From a bacterium (GTDB taxonomy: Bacteria; J088; JAWLBW01): 64,000 bases of DNA. The stretch spans positions 1-64,000 of the forward strand of contig JAWLHK010000011.1 in assembly GCA_041690355.1 (NCBI GenBank). The letters are read 5' to 3'. This document shows, piece after piece, positions 9,785 to 19,972 of the stretch (positions are counted from its first letter, which is position 1; every line of letters starts with the position of its first letter). The position numbers were made by a program, and so were the translations under genes. Under the pieces are notes generated by a model. That model saw only the letters and a program-made list of their open reading frames with translations, did not search any database and had not been told where the DNA came from.

Positions 9785-10300
9785 TCACTGCTGCGCCGCC
9801 AGCTGTTCGGCCAGGCGATCCCACGTTTCGGTGATCCCCTGCAGCATGCCCATGTCCATGACGGTCTTGAGCTGCTCGGCCGACTTGTATTCCCCGCGGC
9901 TTATCAGGCGGGTCTTGCCGCCCAGATCGATGAATTCCATCGTCACCAGGGTCGCCGGCAGGGCGTCGTTCGTCTTCCCCTCGGCGTCCGAGAAATAGTC
10001 CGTATAAACGATTTTTTCGGGCTCCGCGATCTCGTGGTAGACCGCCTTACCCCAGGACTCCATGCCGAAGAACTCTCCCTGTTTCTGATCGACGCACTTC
10101 ATGCAGTAGTGCCAGACGCCGCCGGGCCTGAAGTCGACCGTGCAGAACGGAACCTCCCACCCGCGCGGTCCCCACCAGCGCTTGAGGTGCTCGGGGTCCT
10201 TGAACATCTGGAAAACGAGAATCCGCGGGGCGTCGAAGACGCGTTCGAGGATCAGGACGTTGTCGTTCTCGATCCGGTGTTCCATCTTTCCGGTGTTCAT
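9785..10300 (-). CDS. SRPBCC/AHSA1 domain protein
   Basis: ERVFDAPR..VF..HLKRWWGPRG..DFRPGG. Confidence 0.9.
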   Translation of the reverse strand: MNTGKMEHRIENDNVLILERVFDAPRILVFQMFKDPEHLKRWWGPRGWEVPFCTVDFRPGGVWHYCMKCVDQKQGEFFGMESWGKAVYHEIAEPEKIVYTDYFSDAEGKTNDALPATLVTMEFIDLGGKTRLISRGEYKSAEQLKTVMDMGMLQGITETWDRLAEQLAAQQ

Positions 10301-10330
10301 CGTTTCATCCTTCCGGGAAACTGTTCCCTG

Positions 10331-10657
10331 CTATCGGTTATCGCTCTTCTTGAGTGAACGCAAGTAAACGTCGAGGTTGTCGAACCGTTCTTCCATCAGC
10401 CGGCGGAAAGAACCCAGCCACGTGTCCAGATCTCGAAAGGGTTCGGGCCGCAGCCCGTAGTAGCGGCGGTTGGCCTGCCCCTCGACCTCGAGCAGTCCGG
10501 CGTCACGGAGCACCTTCAGGTGTTTCGACGCCTGCGGCTGGCGGATACCGGCACGCTCTGCGATCTCCCCCACCGTGAGGGGCCCCTCACGCAGCAGCTC
10601 AACGATGAATCGTCGCGTCGGCTCGGCCAGGGCATTGATCGTGTTCGCAACCTGCAC
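10331..10657 (-). CDS. ArsR/SmtB family regulator
   Basis: ALAEPTRRFIVELL..SKHLKVLRDAGL; GTG start inferred just downstream of the promoter. Confidence 0.85.
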   Translation of the reverse strand: MQVANTINALAEPTRRFIVELLREGPLTVGEIAERAGIRQPQASKHLKVLRDAGLLEVEGQANRRYYGLRPEPFRDLDTWLGSFRRLMEERFDNLDVYLRSLKKSDNR

Positions 10658-10662
10658 GCCCT

Positions 10663-10702
10663 CAATATTCCACAACCGGAATATTCCTGTCAAGGAATAT
10701 TC
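10663..10702 (-). promoter_or_regulatory. arsR promoter with three (GG)AATATTC(C) palindromic operator units
   Basis: minus-strand TTGACA at 10688-10693 flanked by GGAATATTCC-like repeats at 10663, 10678 and 10694. Confidence 0.7.
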
Positions 10703-10774
10703 GTATCCACACGAGACGTCCGGGGCAGGTCTGCCATCTGGCGTTGCCAGTGGAATGCGCCGAGGACGCGTCTG

Positions 10775-11701
10775 TCAGGCGTTTCGCTTGCGGGCGTCCG
10801 GCTGGCCGAGAGCCGCGCGCAGGAGGGCGGCCAGCCGCTGCATGTCGGGGGTCTCGAGCTCTTCTTCGCGATAGACCAGATGCAGGTCGAGAAAACGCTC
10901 GCCGGCGTCTCCGAGGGGCAGCGGCCGCAGGGTGCCCTTCTCGAGCGCGTGACCGATGTGCCCCTCGGGCAGCCAGGCGAAGCCGGCGCCCATGCAGACG
11001 GCTTCGATCGACGTGGAGAGCGTACTCACGGTCCACCGCTGCTCGGCCCCCAGCCACCCCCCGCTCTTTCTGCGGTCGACCCCGCTGTCGCGCAGCACCA
11101 CCTGCCTGTGGCGCCGCAATTCGCGCAGCGTCAGCCGACGTCGCAGACGATTCAGCGGATGATCCGCGTGCGCCACGGCGACGAACCGCACCCGCCCCAG
11201 GAACTCGCCTCGGTAGCCCGCAGGGGCCTGCGCTGCAATTGCAAGCTCTGCGCGGCCGTCGAGCAGGGCTTCTTCGGGGCTCAGCACGAGCTCGTACAGC
11301 TCGATGCGCGTGTCGGGGCGCTCTTCTGCGAACCGCAGCAGTGCATCCAGCATCGGCCTGGTGGGCGTAACGGCGTTGACGGCGAGTCTGATCTCGGGTT
11401 TCCAATCGGCGGCCATGGCACGGGCGCCTTTTTCGAGCAGCAATGCTTCATCGACCAGCGTGCGCGCGCGACGCACCAGCACGTGGCCGGCTTCGGTCAG
11501 CACGGCGCGCCGCCCTGCGAGCGTGAAGACGTCGACCCCGAGCAGGGACTCGATCTTCTGCACTGCGTACGTCACCGCAGACTGACTCTTGTGCAAAGCC
11601 TCGGCGGCCTGCGCATATCCGCCCGCATCGACGACAGCCAGCAGCGCTCGCCACTGGTCGAGCGAAATGTCCGGAGAATCGGCAGCCATGAATCGACTCA
11701 T
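10775..11701 (-). CDS. LysR family transcriptional regulator
   Basis: LDQWRALLAVVDAGGYAQAAEALHKSQSAVTY HTH; divergent from the cyclase gene across an AT-rich spacer. Confidence 0.9.
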   Translation of the reverse strand: MSRFMAADSPDISLDQWRALLAVVDAGGYAQAAEALHKSQSAVTYAVQKIESLLGVDVFTLAGRRAVLTEAGHVLVRRARTLVDEALLLEKGARAMAADWKPEIRLAVNAVTPTRPMLDALLRFAEERPDTRIELYELVLSPEEALLDGRAELAIAAQAPAGYRGEFLGRVRFVAVAHADHPLNRLRRRLTLRELRRHRQVVLRDSGVDRRKSGGWLGAEQRWTVSTLSTSIEAVCMGAGFAWLPEGHIGHALEKGTLRPLPLGDAGERFLDLHLVYREEELETPDMQRLAALLRAALGQPDARKRNA

Positions 11702-11789
11702 TCGATAGGTTATCCCTGATTATTCTTCTTTTTTATCTACTTTTCAAATCGTTTAATGAACACAGCACTTTTTCTCAGGAGAACTCGTC

Positions 11790-12791
11790 ATGCATTCGAT
11801 TCGTCTGGCCCCGCGCCTCTTCATCGCCGTCCTGCTCGCGACCGCCGTCCCCGCCACAGGGACCGAGCCTGAACGGCCCGCCGCAGACGTCGGCCTCAGC
11901 CCGTGGGGCGAAGCCGATCAGATCGGACGGCTCAACTTGATGACACCGCAGTCGCAGGCGGCCATTCTCAAGCGCATCCGCGGCGGAAAGGCCTACGACC
12001 TTGCCGTGGAATACTTCGTCGGCATGCCGAGCTGGCACGCCCTGGGCGACCCGCGCTATCAGATCTGGCTCACCCATTCGCCGAACGGCACCGTGGTCGA
12101 CGACCCCATGCACGTCGGGTCGGCCCAGAACCGGCACGTCTCCTACACCGGCGCGGCCATCTCCATGTACACGCACATGGGCACGCACATCGACGCGCTC
12201 AACCACTTCGGCCTGAACGGCAAGATATGGAACGGTTTCCGGGCGGCAGACCACCTGGGCGATCGGGGCTGGAGACGGGCCGGCGCCGAAACGATTCCCC
12301 CGCTGGTCGCCCGCGGCGTGCTCATCGACGTGGCGGCCTACAAGAAAACCGGCATGCTGGCCGACGGCTACCGCATCACACGGGCCGATCTCAAGGGGGC
12401 CCTCGCGGCGCAGCGCACCCGCCTGCAGGAAGGAGACGTGGTGCTCATCCGCACCGGCCGCATGAAGGTCTATGAAGACGGGGCGGCGTTCATGGCCAAT
12501 CCCCCGGGCCTCGGGATGGATGCCGCGCGCTTTCTGATCGAAGAGGGGGGCGCGATGTCGGTGGGGGCCGACAACCTGAGCTTCGAAGCGTTCCCCTCCG
12601 AGATCGACGGCAACTACGTGCCGGTGCACACCTACCTGCTCGCGCAGCAGGGGGCCACGATTATGGAGCTGGTATATCTCGAAGACCTGGCACGCGATCG
12701 CGTCTACGAGTTCGCCTTCCTCGGGGGCTCGCTGAAGCTGCGCGGGGGTGACGCCGCCCCGCTGCGTCCCCTGGCTTTTCAAGTCCGGTAA
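11790..12791 (+). CDS. cyclase (kynurenine formamidase-like) family metal hydrolase with signal peptide
   Basis: HMGTHIDALNH motif, RGVLID, GDVVLIRTG, GADN. Confidence 0.9.
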   Translation: MHSIRLAPRLFIAVLLATAVPATGTEPERPAADVGLSPWGEADQIGRLNLMTPQSQAAILKRIRGGKAYDLAVEYFVGMPSWHALGDPRYQIWLTHSPNGTVVDDPMHVGSAQNRHVSYTGAAISMYTHMGTHIDALNHFGLNGKIWNGFRAADHLGDRGWRRAGAETIPPLVARGVLIDVAAYKKTGMLADGYRITRADLKGALAAQRTRLQEGDVVLIRTGRMKVYEDGAAFMANPPGLGMDAARFLIEEGGAMSVGADNLSFEAFPSEIDGNYVPVHTYLLAQQGATIMELVYLEDLARDRVYEFAFLGGSLKLRGGDAAPLRPLAFQVR

Positions 12792-12930
12792 TCCGTGCCC
12801 GCAGGGATTCTGCGCGCAAGGGCGGGATCCTCGCGGGCCTCTTTCTTCCGCGCTGTCGTCAACGGATTTCCCGCCGGCACCAAAAAGGAACTCCTTCCCT
12901 GCCCCCGGCAGGGCGCGCGCGGAAGTGCGG

Positions 12931-13365
12931 CTACTCGGCGACCGCGACGCGCAGCACCTCGGCCGTGAGGCGATCGAGATTCTGCTCGTTGGCCGGCACC
13001 ACGATGGGCTTCAGGGCCGCGCCGACCTTGGCGTCTTCGAACTCCTGCGCCCAGTGCACGATCGTTCCGCCGGCCGCCGTGGGCTCGAGCGTGATCGTCA
13101 GCCGGTAGATCGGTTTGACCACGTGCCGGATGACGACCCGCTTCTCCGGCTCGATGACCTCGAAGACGCTCTCGTTCGGATAGTTCTTCCCGTCCGGGCC
13201 GTGCATGACGTACTTCCACGCGCCCCCCGGCGTGAAGGCGCAGGTCTCAAACGTGTTCGTAAAACCCGCGGGTCCCCACCAGACCGCCAGGCGGGCGGGG
13301 TCGGCGAAGGCCGCGAACACACGGGCGGGGGATGCGGCGATTTCTCGGGAGGTCTCGTAGGTCAT
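12931..13365 (-). CDS. SRPBCC/AHSA1 domain protein
   Basis: WWGPAGFTNTF..PGG.W..MHGPDG..NEQNLDRL. Confidence 0.9.
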   Translation of the reverse strand: MTYETSREIAASPARVFAAFADPARLAVWWGPAGFTNTFETCAFTPGGAWKYVMHGPDGKNYPNESVFEVIEPEKRVVIRHVVKPIYRLTITLEPTAAGGTIVHWAQEFEDAKVGAALKPIVVPANEQNLDRLTAEVLRVAVAE

Positions 13366-13448
13366 GCGAGGGTCCTGCATTCAAAGATGTATGGGTGAGT
13401 TCGTTCGAACTGCACGGAAGGGCTCGAAGGCAGCGCGCACACGCGGCG

Positions 13449-13799
13449 TCAGGCCCGCAGAATCTTCTCCATCGCCTTGCCCTTCGCGAGCTCGTCGATC
13501 AGCTTGTCAAGCCAGCGGATCTTCTGCATGAGCGGATCCTCGACTTCTTCTACGCGCACGCCGCAGACGACCCCTTTGATGAGCGCCGTATTCGGATGCA
13601 GGGCGGGCGCCTGCGCAAAGAACGTCTCGAAGTCGCTCTCCTGCTTCAGCCGCCGTTCGAGACCTGCCCGGTCGTACCCTGTCAGCCAGCAGATGATGGC
13701 GTCGACTTCAGCTTTCGTACGGTTCTTGCGCTCGGCCTTCTGCACGTACATCGGATAGACTTTGGAAAACGCGGTCGTGAAGATGCGGTGCGCAGACAC
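13449..13799 (-). CDS. DUF2200 domain protein
   Basis: [46 protein letters not shown]. Confidence 0.9.
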   Translation of the reverse strand: MSAHRIFTTAFSKVYPMYVQKAERKNRTKAEVDAIICWLTGYDRAGLERRLKQESDFETFFAQAPALHPNTALIKGVVCGVRVEEVEDPLMQKIRWLDKLIDELAKGKAMEKILRA

Positions 13800-13966
13800 G
13801 TTCTGTCCTCCGGGCGTCCTCGGATACAGGTACGAATTATATCGGCAGCGCGGTTCTGTGGCCATGCCGCCGGCGAAGAAAAGCGGCCGCGGCGGAACAC
13901 GCCGCGACGCAGATACGATGGCGAGTACCCGTTACTTGAAATGAACCGGCTGCCTCGCAGCAGTCG

Positions 13967-16900
13967 TCACGGATAACTCGCCCCGAACCCCAGGGTCTGG
14001 CCGTCGTCGACCGGGTCGGCGAGCCGGGCTGCCGGGGCGACCGCTCCCGAAGGGGTAGTGGACATATCCCAGAAGTAGGCGGCGCCTGCGTCTACGTAGG
14101 TGTCGACGTCGGCATACGGGGCCACGCCGACGATGTGACTTCGCCCGTCGCCGCGGTAATCGCCGAGCAGCAGGCCCGCGCCGCCGCCGGGCGAAACGTT
14201 GCCAAGCTTGTCGTTCGGCAACGCGCCGTCGACAGCCAGGGTAGCCGCGAGGGCATACGTCGCCCCGTCAATGACGACGATGCGTCCCCGGCTGGCATCG
14301 TGCAGCGAATCGACAAACACGAGGTCGGGTCGCGAATCGCCGACCAGGCGAACGAAACAGTACGGCTGGACTGCGCCGCCCCGGATCGCGCTCGGCCAGA
14401 TCGCCGCCGGCGAAAGCTGGCCTTGTAACGACGGCCCGCCATTCCAGATGCGATCGCCGCCGATGACATCGTCGATGCCGTCGCCGCTCAAATCGCCGAC
14501 CACCAGCCGGCTGTCCAGGACCTCGAGGTAAAGTTCAGCCGTCGGAGCGGTGTCGAGCACAGCACCGCCGCCCCACACGAAGACCCGCGGCGGAAGATAC
14601 TCAAGCGCCTGCGTTGCGGCGGCGGCGACAATATCGGCGCGCCCGTCGCCGGTGACGTCGGTCAACACGATGCCCGTGTCTCCGGCGAGCGCCCGTCCGA
14701 GTTCACGCGTGAAATACACGGTCAGGTCGGCCGCCGGCGCGGGCTTGCCCGTAAGGCCGGGGCCGCCCTCCCAGACGAGGATGGCGCCCGAATCTCCGTT
14801 GGGTTCGTCGTCGAAGCTGTTCGCGTAGGGGGCGGCGACGACGATGTCGGTGTGGCCTGCGCCTACGACGTCTCCGAAGTGAATGGCGGCCGCGCTGGTG
14901 TAGGAAGTTCCCGCGCGAGGACGTACCGCGCCGAGTCTTCCGCCGTCGGCAACACTTTTCGAACCGTAGGGTATCGGATATGTCTGCCGCCGCAGCTCGG
15001 CCGTGGGCACCACCGAACCGCTCAGGCCCGCACCGCCCGCAAACACATACACGACGCCGGCGTCGAGTTCGCTGCCGTCATCTTCGAGGGGCGATGGAAT
15101 GAGGAGGTCTGGAATCTCATCGCCGGTGACATCAGCCAGGTACAGGTTGCTGAGGTGAACATCGCTACCAAGCTTTGTCGTCGCGTTCGTGGCGGCGAGC
15201 GTCGCCGTCGCGGGGGGCGTACCGGTATGGTTCGTCCCGCTCCAGACGTACACCGCGCCATGGGACAGTGCGTCGGGTGCGTGGGCGATGACGTCGCGCT
15301 CACCGTCGCCGGTCATGTCGGCCAGGATGACTTCCCGGGCGGCAACCGCAAGGATCCCGTCTGCCGCCGGCTGCCCGGCCAGGGCTCCGCCGTGCCAGAC
15401 GTGGATGGCGTCAGAGCCCCGGACAACGACATCCGCCCGGGCATCGTGATTCATGTCGGCCAGAAAGAGGCTCAGCGCGCTGCCGCTGACGTCGAGCAGT
15501 GCCGTGGCGGGCTGTGTGCCCGCGAGCCCGTAGCCTCCCTCCCAGACATAGACGTCCATGACGTCGCCGAGACTCGTGGTCGCAAGGGAGACGATGTCTT
15601 CGGTTTCGTCGCCGGTCACGTCGCCGACGCTGAATCCCTGGCTGTGGTCGCCTCCCTGCGTGAGCCAATACAGCGGGACGTCGCCCGTCAAGCTGGCCAG
15701 CCGCGCGGGCGATCCCGTAAGCGAAGGGCCGCCGGCCCATACGCTGACCTGCCTTGCCTCGGCGACGACGATGTCGAGCACCCCGTCACCGCTGACGTCG
15801 GCCAGGGCAACGTGTTCGCTGCGCCACGAGTAGTCGGAAATCAGATGCAGCAAGGGCAGCGTTGCCGTGGGTGTTTCGGTGACGGCTCCGCCCGCCCAGA
15901 CGTGAAGCATCGGCGGCGCCGCGACGTCAACGGAAAGCGCCAGGGACAGCGTGACGAGATCGTCGATACCGTCACCGGTGACGTCTCCTGTCCAGGTTCC
16001 CGAATTCTGTCCATCGCCCGCGCTGTTCAGCTTCACGGTAACCTGGGTGACGGTCTCGGGCGCAAAGTCGTCATGGGCGACGAACTTGAGGGAACGCCTC
16101 CCCTTCTGGTTCCCGTTGAACCGGCAGGTCACACGGGTAGAGACTTCGCCGCGGCCTTCGGGAAAGACGGTCGGCGTGCAGTCGCCCATGGGATTCAGCC
16201 ACCGCACGGAGATACGGTCGCCTGCATCGCCGTCGGTTGCCGTGACGTCGAAGCTGAACGGCTGGTGGTTGAATACGACGTCGGGGATGCCGGTCACCGT
16301 CAGCGCGACGGCATGGTTGGCCGCGGTCGCGATGTCGACGACTTCGGCCGCTGCGGATTCGCCGTGGGCGGTCCACGCGACGAGCCGGTAGTCGTAGGAG
16401 GTGAGCGGGGCGACGACGTCATCGTGCCGCGTTTCGCCGGCGGCGATGCTCGCAATGAGTGCGTAGGCGGAATCGCCGGATACGCGACGGTAGACGTGAT
16501 GCCCGATCCCCGCCTGTGCAGGCGCATCCCAGGTCAGGCGGATGGTATCGGCGCGAACGGCAGCCGCGGTGAAGCCGAGGGGCGCCGTGGGCGGCAGGCC
16601 GAGTCCGACCGATTCGCTCGTCGCCTCGAAGTCACCGTTTCGCGCGACGATGCGGTATTCGTAGCCCTCGCCGGAGAGAACGGTGAGGTCGAGGTAGCTC
16701 TCGGTATCGGCGGGCAGCGCGCCCAGGGAGACAAAGGGGCCGCCTGACGAGGAGCGCTCGACGTGCACTTCCGTCTCATAGGCGGCGTCGTTCCACGTAA
16801 TCGCGACGGAATCGCCGCCGATCGCGACCGCTAGAACGCCGGAAGGCGTACTGGAGAGCGCCGTAACGGACGCACTCGTCACGGGCGCGGACTTGCCGCC

Positions 16901-17248
16901 ATCATAGACGGCCGTGACCTGATATTCGTAGGCAACACCGGGCGACACCGCATCTTCCACTTCCGCTGCCGTGCCGGCCGGCGACGCGACCGGTGTCCAA
17001 TCGGTTTCGCCCTGCACGCGACGGGCGAGTTCGTAGGCCTGCGCGGCGGCGCCCTTCCCCGTCCACGAGATGACAATGCGGTCCTGCCAGATCGGGGTCG
17101 CCTGCACGTCCGTAACGGCAGCAAGCGCCCGGTCGACGTCGGTGGTGCTTTTCGGGTCCGGAACAACAGGCTCGGCGCAACCGGCGAGGATGGCAAGCAA
17201 TCCCAAGGCGAAATGCGGCGCGCGTCCGGGGTGGGTCGAATGGGTCAT
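13967..17248 (-). CDS. large lipoprotein with three FnIII domains and multiple FG-GAP/integrin-alpha repeats
   Basis: lipobox LAGC; W...YEY.V.A FnIII patterns; about 10 GDxxGDGxxD repeats. Confidence 0.85.
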   Translation of the reverse strand: MTHSTHPGRAPHFALGLLAILAGCAEPVVPDPKSTTDVDRALAAVTDVQATPIWQDRIVISWTGKGAAAQAYELARRVQGETDWTPVASPAGTAAEVEDAVSPGVAYEYQVTAVYDGGKSAPVTSASVTALSSTPSGVLAVAIGGDSVAITWNDAAYETEVHVERSSSGGPFVSLGALPADTESYLDLTVLSGEGYEYRIVARNGDFEATSESVGLGLPPTAPLGFTAAAVRADTIRLTWDAPAQAGIGHHVYRRVSGDSAYALIASIAAGETRHDDVVAPLTSYDYRLVAWTAHGESAAAEVVDIATAANHAVALTVTGIPDVVFNHQPFSFDVTATDGDAGDRISVRWLNPMGDCTPTVFPEGRGEVSTRVTCRFNGNQKGRRSLKFVAHDDFAPETVTQVTVKLNSAGDGQNSGTWTGDVTGDGIDDLVTLSLALSVDVAAPPMLHVWAGGAVTETPTATLPLLHLISDYSWRSEHVALADVSGDGVLDIVVAEARQVSVWAGGPSLTGSPARLASLTGDVPLYWLTQGGDHSQGFSVGDVTGDETEDIVSLATTSLGDVMDVYVWEGGYGLAGTQPATALLDVSGSALSLFLADMNHDARADVVVRGSDAIHVWHGGALAGQPAADGILAVAAREVILADMTGDGERDVIAHAPDALSHGAVYVWSGTNHTGTPPATATLAATNATTKLGSDVHLSNLYLADVTGDEIPDLLIPSPLEDDGSELDAGVVYVFAGGAGLSGSVVPTAELRRQTYPIPYGSKSVADGGRLGAVRPRAGTSYTSAAAIHFGDVVGAGHTDIVVAAPYANSFDDEPNGDSGAILVWEGGPGLTGKPAPAADLTVYFTRELGRALAGDTGIVLTDVTGDGRADIVAAAATQALEYLPPRVFVWGGGAVLDTAPTAELYLEVLDSRLVVGDLSGDGIDDVIGGDRIWNGGPSLQGQLSPAAIWPSAIRGGAVQPYCFVRLVGDSRPDLVFVDSLHDASRGRIVVIDGATYALAATLAVDGALPNDKLGNVSPGGGAGLLLGDYRGDGRSHIVGVAPYADVDTYVDAGAAYFWDMSTTPSGAVAPAARLADPVDDGQTLGFGASYP

Positions 17249-17331
17249 GGTTCAACACGCCGTCGCCGGCGCTCCCTTCGGCGCTCAGCAAGCCGCCGCC
17301 GCTCAGGTTAGGTGCAATCACAACAGAATAG

Positions 17332-17365
17332 CGTGCATATTACACGTTTATTGAGAGAGCGTCAA
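17332..17365 (-). promoter_or_regulatory. sigma70-type promoter with a palindrome over the -10 box
   Basis: TTGACG-17-TAATAT on the minus strand; imperfect palindrome CGTGCATATTACACG. Confidence 0.55.
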
Positions 17366-17512
17366 TGCAAAAAGGGGACGGGAAGCAGGCTTACCCAAGC
17401 GGCAGCGGATGACTCACCTTGCGGATACTGTCCCTCCCGCCTCTACTCGCGTATTTTGCCCGATATGTGATGCATTACTTCTAAATACGCCTTATTTATC
17501 GGTCATTCTTAT

Positions 17513-17541
17513 TTGACACGATCCTTGCAAACGCCCATAAT
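17513..17541 (+). promoter_or_regulatory. hipBA promoter
   Basis: TTGACA-17-CATAAT; flanking GGTCATT/AATGACC inverted repeat. Confidence 0.7.
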
Positions 17542-17566
17542 GACCCGTGGAGAACATACGAATTCA

Positions 17567-17896
17567 ATGTCGAAGCGAACCTATGCGCGCTATACATCCG
17601 AAGGGGTGACCTTGCTCGGCAAAATGATCCGGCATGGACGCAAACAGCGCAGAATGACCGAAGCGGAACTGGCCGAACGACTGGGTATTGCCCGGAGCAC
17701 GCTCCAGCGTCTCGAAAAGGGCGATCCCAGGGTCGAGATCGGAGTGATGTTTGAAGCAGCGGCGCTTGTCGGGGTGAAACTGTTCGACAGCGATGAGCGA
17801 GGTCTTGCTGCGCTTTCCGGCCGCATGGATGATCGCATCGCCGTTCTGCCGAAGCACATCTACAGAACCGGTAAGAAGGTCGTAGATGAGTTCTGA
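17567..17896 (+). CDS. XRE-family HTH antitoxin (HipB-like)
   Basis: MTEAELAERLGIARSTLQRLEKG; overlaps the hipA start. Confidence 0.85.
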   Translation: MSKRTYARYTSEGVTLLGKMIRHGRKQRRMTEAELAERLGIARSTLQRLEKGDPRVEIGVMFEAAALVGVKLFDSDERGLAALSGRMDDRIAVLPKHIYRTGKKVVDEF

Positions 17897-19199
17897 GCGT
17901 CCCCAAGATGACGAAGCCTATGTCTGGGTCTGGTTGCCAGGGGCGACCGAGCCGATCGTCGCCGGACGTCTTAGTGCACAGAGCGGTCTCCTCCATTTCA
18001 ACTACGGAAAGAGCTACCTCGCACGCAGGGACGCCATTCCGCTCTATCTGCCCGAGCTGCCGCTCCGGCCCGGGGAGCTTCCTCTCCCCGACGGGCTGAC
18101 CATGCCAGGCAGCTTGCGCGACGCGGCACCCGATGCATGGGGGCGACGCGTCATCCGCAATCGCAGGTTCGGCGCAAAGGGAAACGCCCTCGACAATCTG
18201 GCGCTTTCGGAACTGACTTTCCTTCTGGAGTCGGGGTCCGATCGCATTGGCGCGCTCGATTTCCAGCGTTCACCAACGGAATACGTCCCGCGATTGCCAG
18301 TCAAAGCGACACTCTCAGAACTCATGGAGTCTGCCGAGCGGGTTGAGAAAGGCATTCCTCTCTCACCGGAACTCGATCAGGCACTGCACCATGGCAGCTC
18401 GATAGGCGGCGCTCGCCCGAAGGCCCTTCTCGAAAATGGCGCCACCAGGCTCGTGGCGAAGTTCTCTTCCTCATCTGATGTCTACAATGTCGTTCAAGCC
18501 GAGTTTATCGCCATGCGGCTTGCGGCGCTGTGTGGGATCGATGTTGCGCCGGTTTCGCTCGTCCAATCGTCGGGCAGGGTCGTCTTGCTGGTTGAACGGT
18601 TCGACCGGCTACGTTGCGAAGAAGGTTGGCAGCGCAGGATGATGGTGTCTGCGCTCACCATGCTCGAGCTCGACGAGACGATGGCGCGGTATGCCAGCTA
18701 CGCAGATCTGGCAGAGATCATCCGCCATCGCTTCACCGCGCCACGAGCCACGTTGCAGGAACTGTACGCTCGCATCGTGTTCAATATTCTCTCCGGAAAC
18801 ACGGATGACCATGCCCGGAATCATGCGGCCTTCTGGGACGGCACGGCGCTTACGCTGACGCCGGCCTATGATATCTGTCCGCAAGGTCGATCCGGGCAGG
18901 AAGCCAGCCAGGCCATGTTGATTACCACGGACAACCGCGCAAGCCGGCTTGCCACCTGCATCGAGGCCGCCCACCATTTCCAGCTGTCTCGGGCCGCGGC
19001 GATTGAACTCATCGAGGCGCAGCTGCGCTGCATCGGCAAGCACTGGAAATCAGTATGTGACGAAGGCGAGCTGTCTACGACCGACCGCAATTTCTTCTGG
19101 GGGCGCCAGTTCCTGAACCCCTATGCTTTTACGGCCCTGGAAGGTGATGCCGCCGGCCTTGCCGCGCTCGGTGGTGAGATCCGCACGTCCGCTGGCTGA
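17886..19199 (+). CDS. hipA: HipA family kinase toxin
   Basis: SIGGARPKA, VERFDR, NTDDHARNH, LTPAYD motifs. Confidence 0.92.
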   Translation: MSSERPQDDEAYVWVWLPGATEPIVAGRLSAQSGLLHFNYGKSYLARRDAIPLYLPELPLRPGELPLPDGLTMPGSLRDAAPDAWGRRVIRNRRFGAKGNALDNLALSELTFLLESGSDRIGALDFQRSPTEYVPRLPVKATLSELMESAERVEKGIPLSPELDQALHHGSSIGGARPKALLENGATRLVAKFSSSSDVYNVVQAEFIAMRLAALCGIDVAPVSLVQSSGRVVLLVERFDRLRCEEGWQRRMMVSALTMLELDETMARYASYADLAEIIRHRFTAPRATLQELYARIVFNILSGNTDDHARNHAAFWDGTALTLTPAYDICPQGRSGQEASQAMLITTDNRASRLATCIEAAHHFQLSRAAAIELIEAQLRCIGKHWKSVCDEGELSTTDRNFFWGRQFLNPYAFTALEGDAAGLAALGGEIRTSAG

Positions 19200-19285
19200 G
19201 AGAGGTTGCGGTGAGCACCGAGGCGGGCCTACGCGTGGCGGCCTTCGCACCTGTGCGCGGCGGGACTTGAGAGCGGGTCTCCCGC

Positions 19286-19969
19286 CTACTCGAAGAGATA
19301 GGCCATGCTTACCGATGGGGCAATGCCCCAGTACCTCACCGATGCCGGATCGCCCACCACGTCACGGAAACAGAGGTCACAGCGCCACGCATGGCCACCG
19401 AAGACGATGAGCCCAAAGTAGAACGAGTGGTTGTCGTCGACAATTCTGAGGCGGGGCTCTGCGCTCACGCTCACGAGGTAGTGATCGGAGCCGCCATCTT
19501 CGTCGAAGCCGGCCTGCCCGGTCACGAGCAGGGCAAGTTCAGGACGTACGGAACCTTTCGTCTGACCTGCCACGATCCCGAGGCGCGGCGCCGCGAAGGG
19601 CTTCAAGATAAAGTCGTTGACTCCGGCGTTGAGGCCTGCAAACCAGACCGCGTTCCAAGGGCCTTTCGACGGGGAAAGAGCGCGACCGTACTCATACCCG
19701 AGGTAGGTGTAGGAGAGTGCAGATCCCGCGCGCAAGGTGTGATCCCCTTTTCCGTCGCCGCCGAACTGCCAGCTGAGTTCCGGCTGGATTCCCACCAGAC
19801 TGGAGCAGGTCAAGATGCGGCAACCCTCGGGAATCCCAAGGTAGAAGGGCGCATTCAAGGTAACCCGATGGTCGCCAGGCTCCAGCGGACGCGGACCCCG
19901 AGCCACTGCAGACGGAAACGCAATACAGGAAGACAGCAGAAGAAGAGCAAGACGAACGACAGAATGCAT
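19286..19969 (-). CDS. putative outer-membrane beta-barrel-like hypothetical protein
   Basis: signal peptide, alternating amphipathic strands, aromatic C-terminus AYLFE. Confidence 0.55.
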   Translation of the reverse strand: MHSVVRLALLLLSSCIAFPSAVARGPRPLEPGDHRVTLNAPFYLGIPEGCRILTCSSLVGIQPELSWQFGGDGKGDHTLRAGSALSYTYLGYEYGRALSPSKGPWNAVWFAGLNAGVNDFILKPFAAPRLGIVAGQTKGSVRPELALLVTGQAGFDEDGGSDHYLVSVSAEPRLRIVDDNHSFYFGLIVFGGHAWRCDLCFRDVVGDPASVRYWGIAPSVSMAYLFE

Positions 19970-19972
19970 GCT

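Noticed and set aside
17250-17313. attC-like ACCTAAC...GTTGAAC on the minus strand before the lipoprotein ATG
   Set aside because: L-box pairing and spacing are poor, no other attC follows neighbouring genes, and no integrase is present
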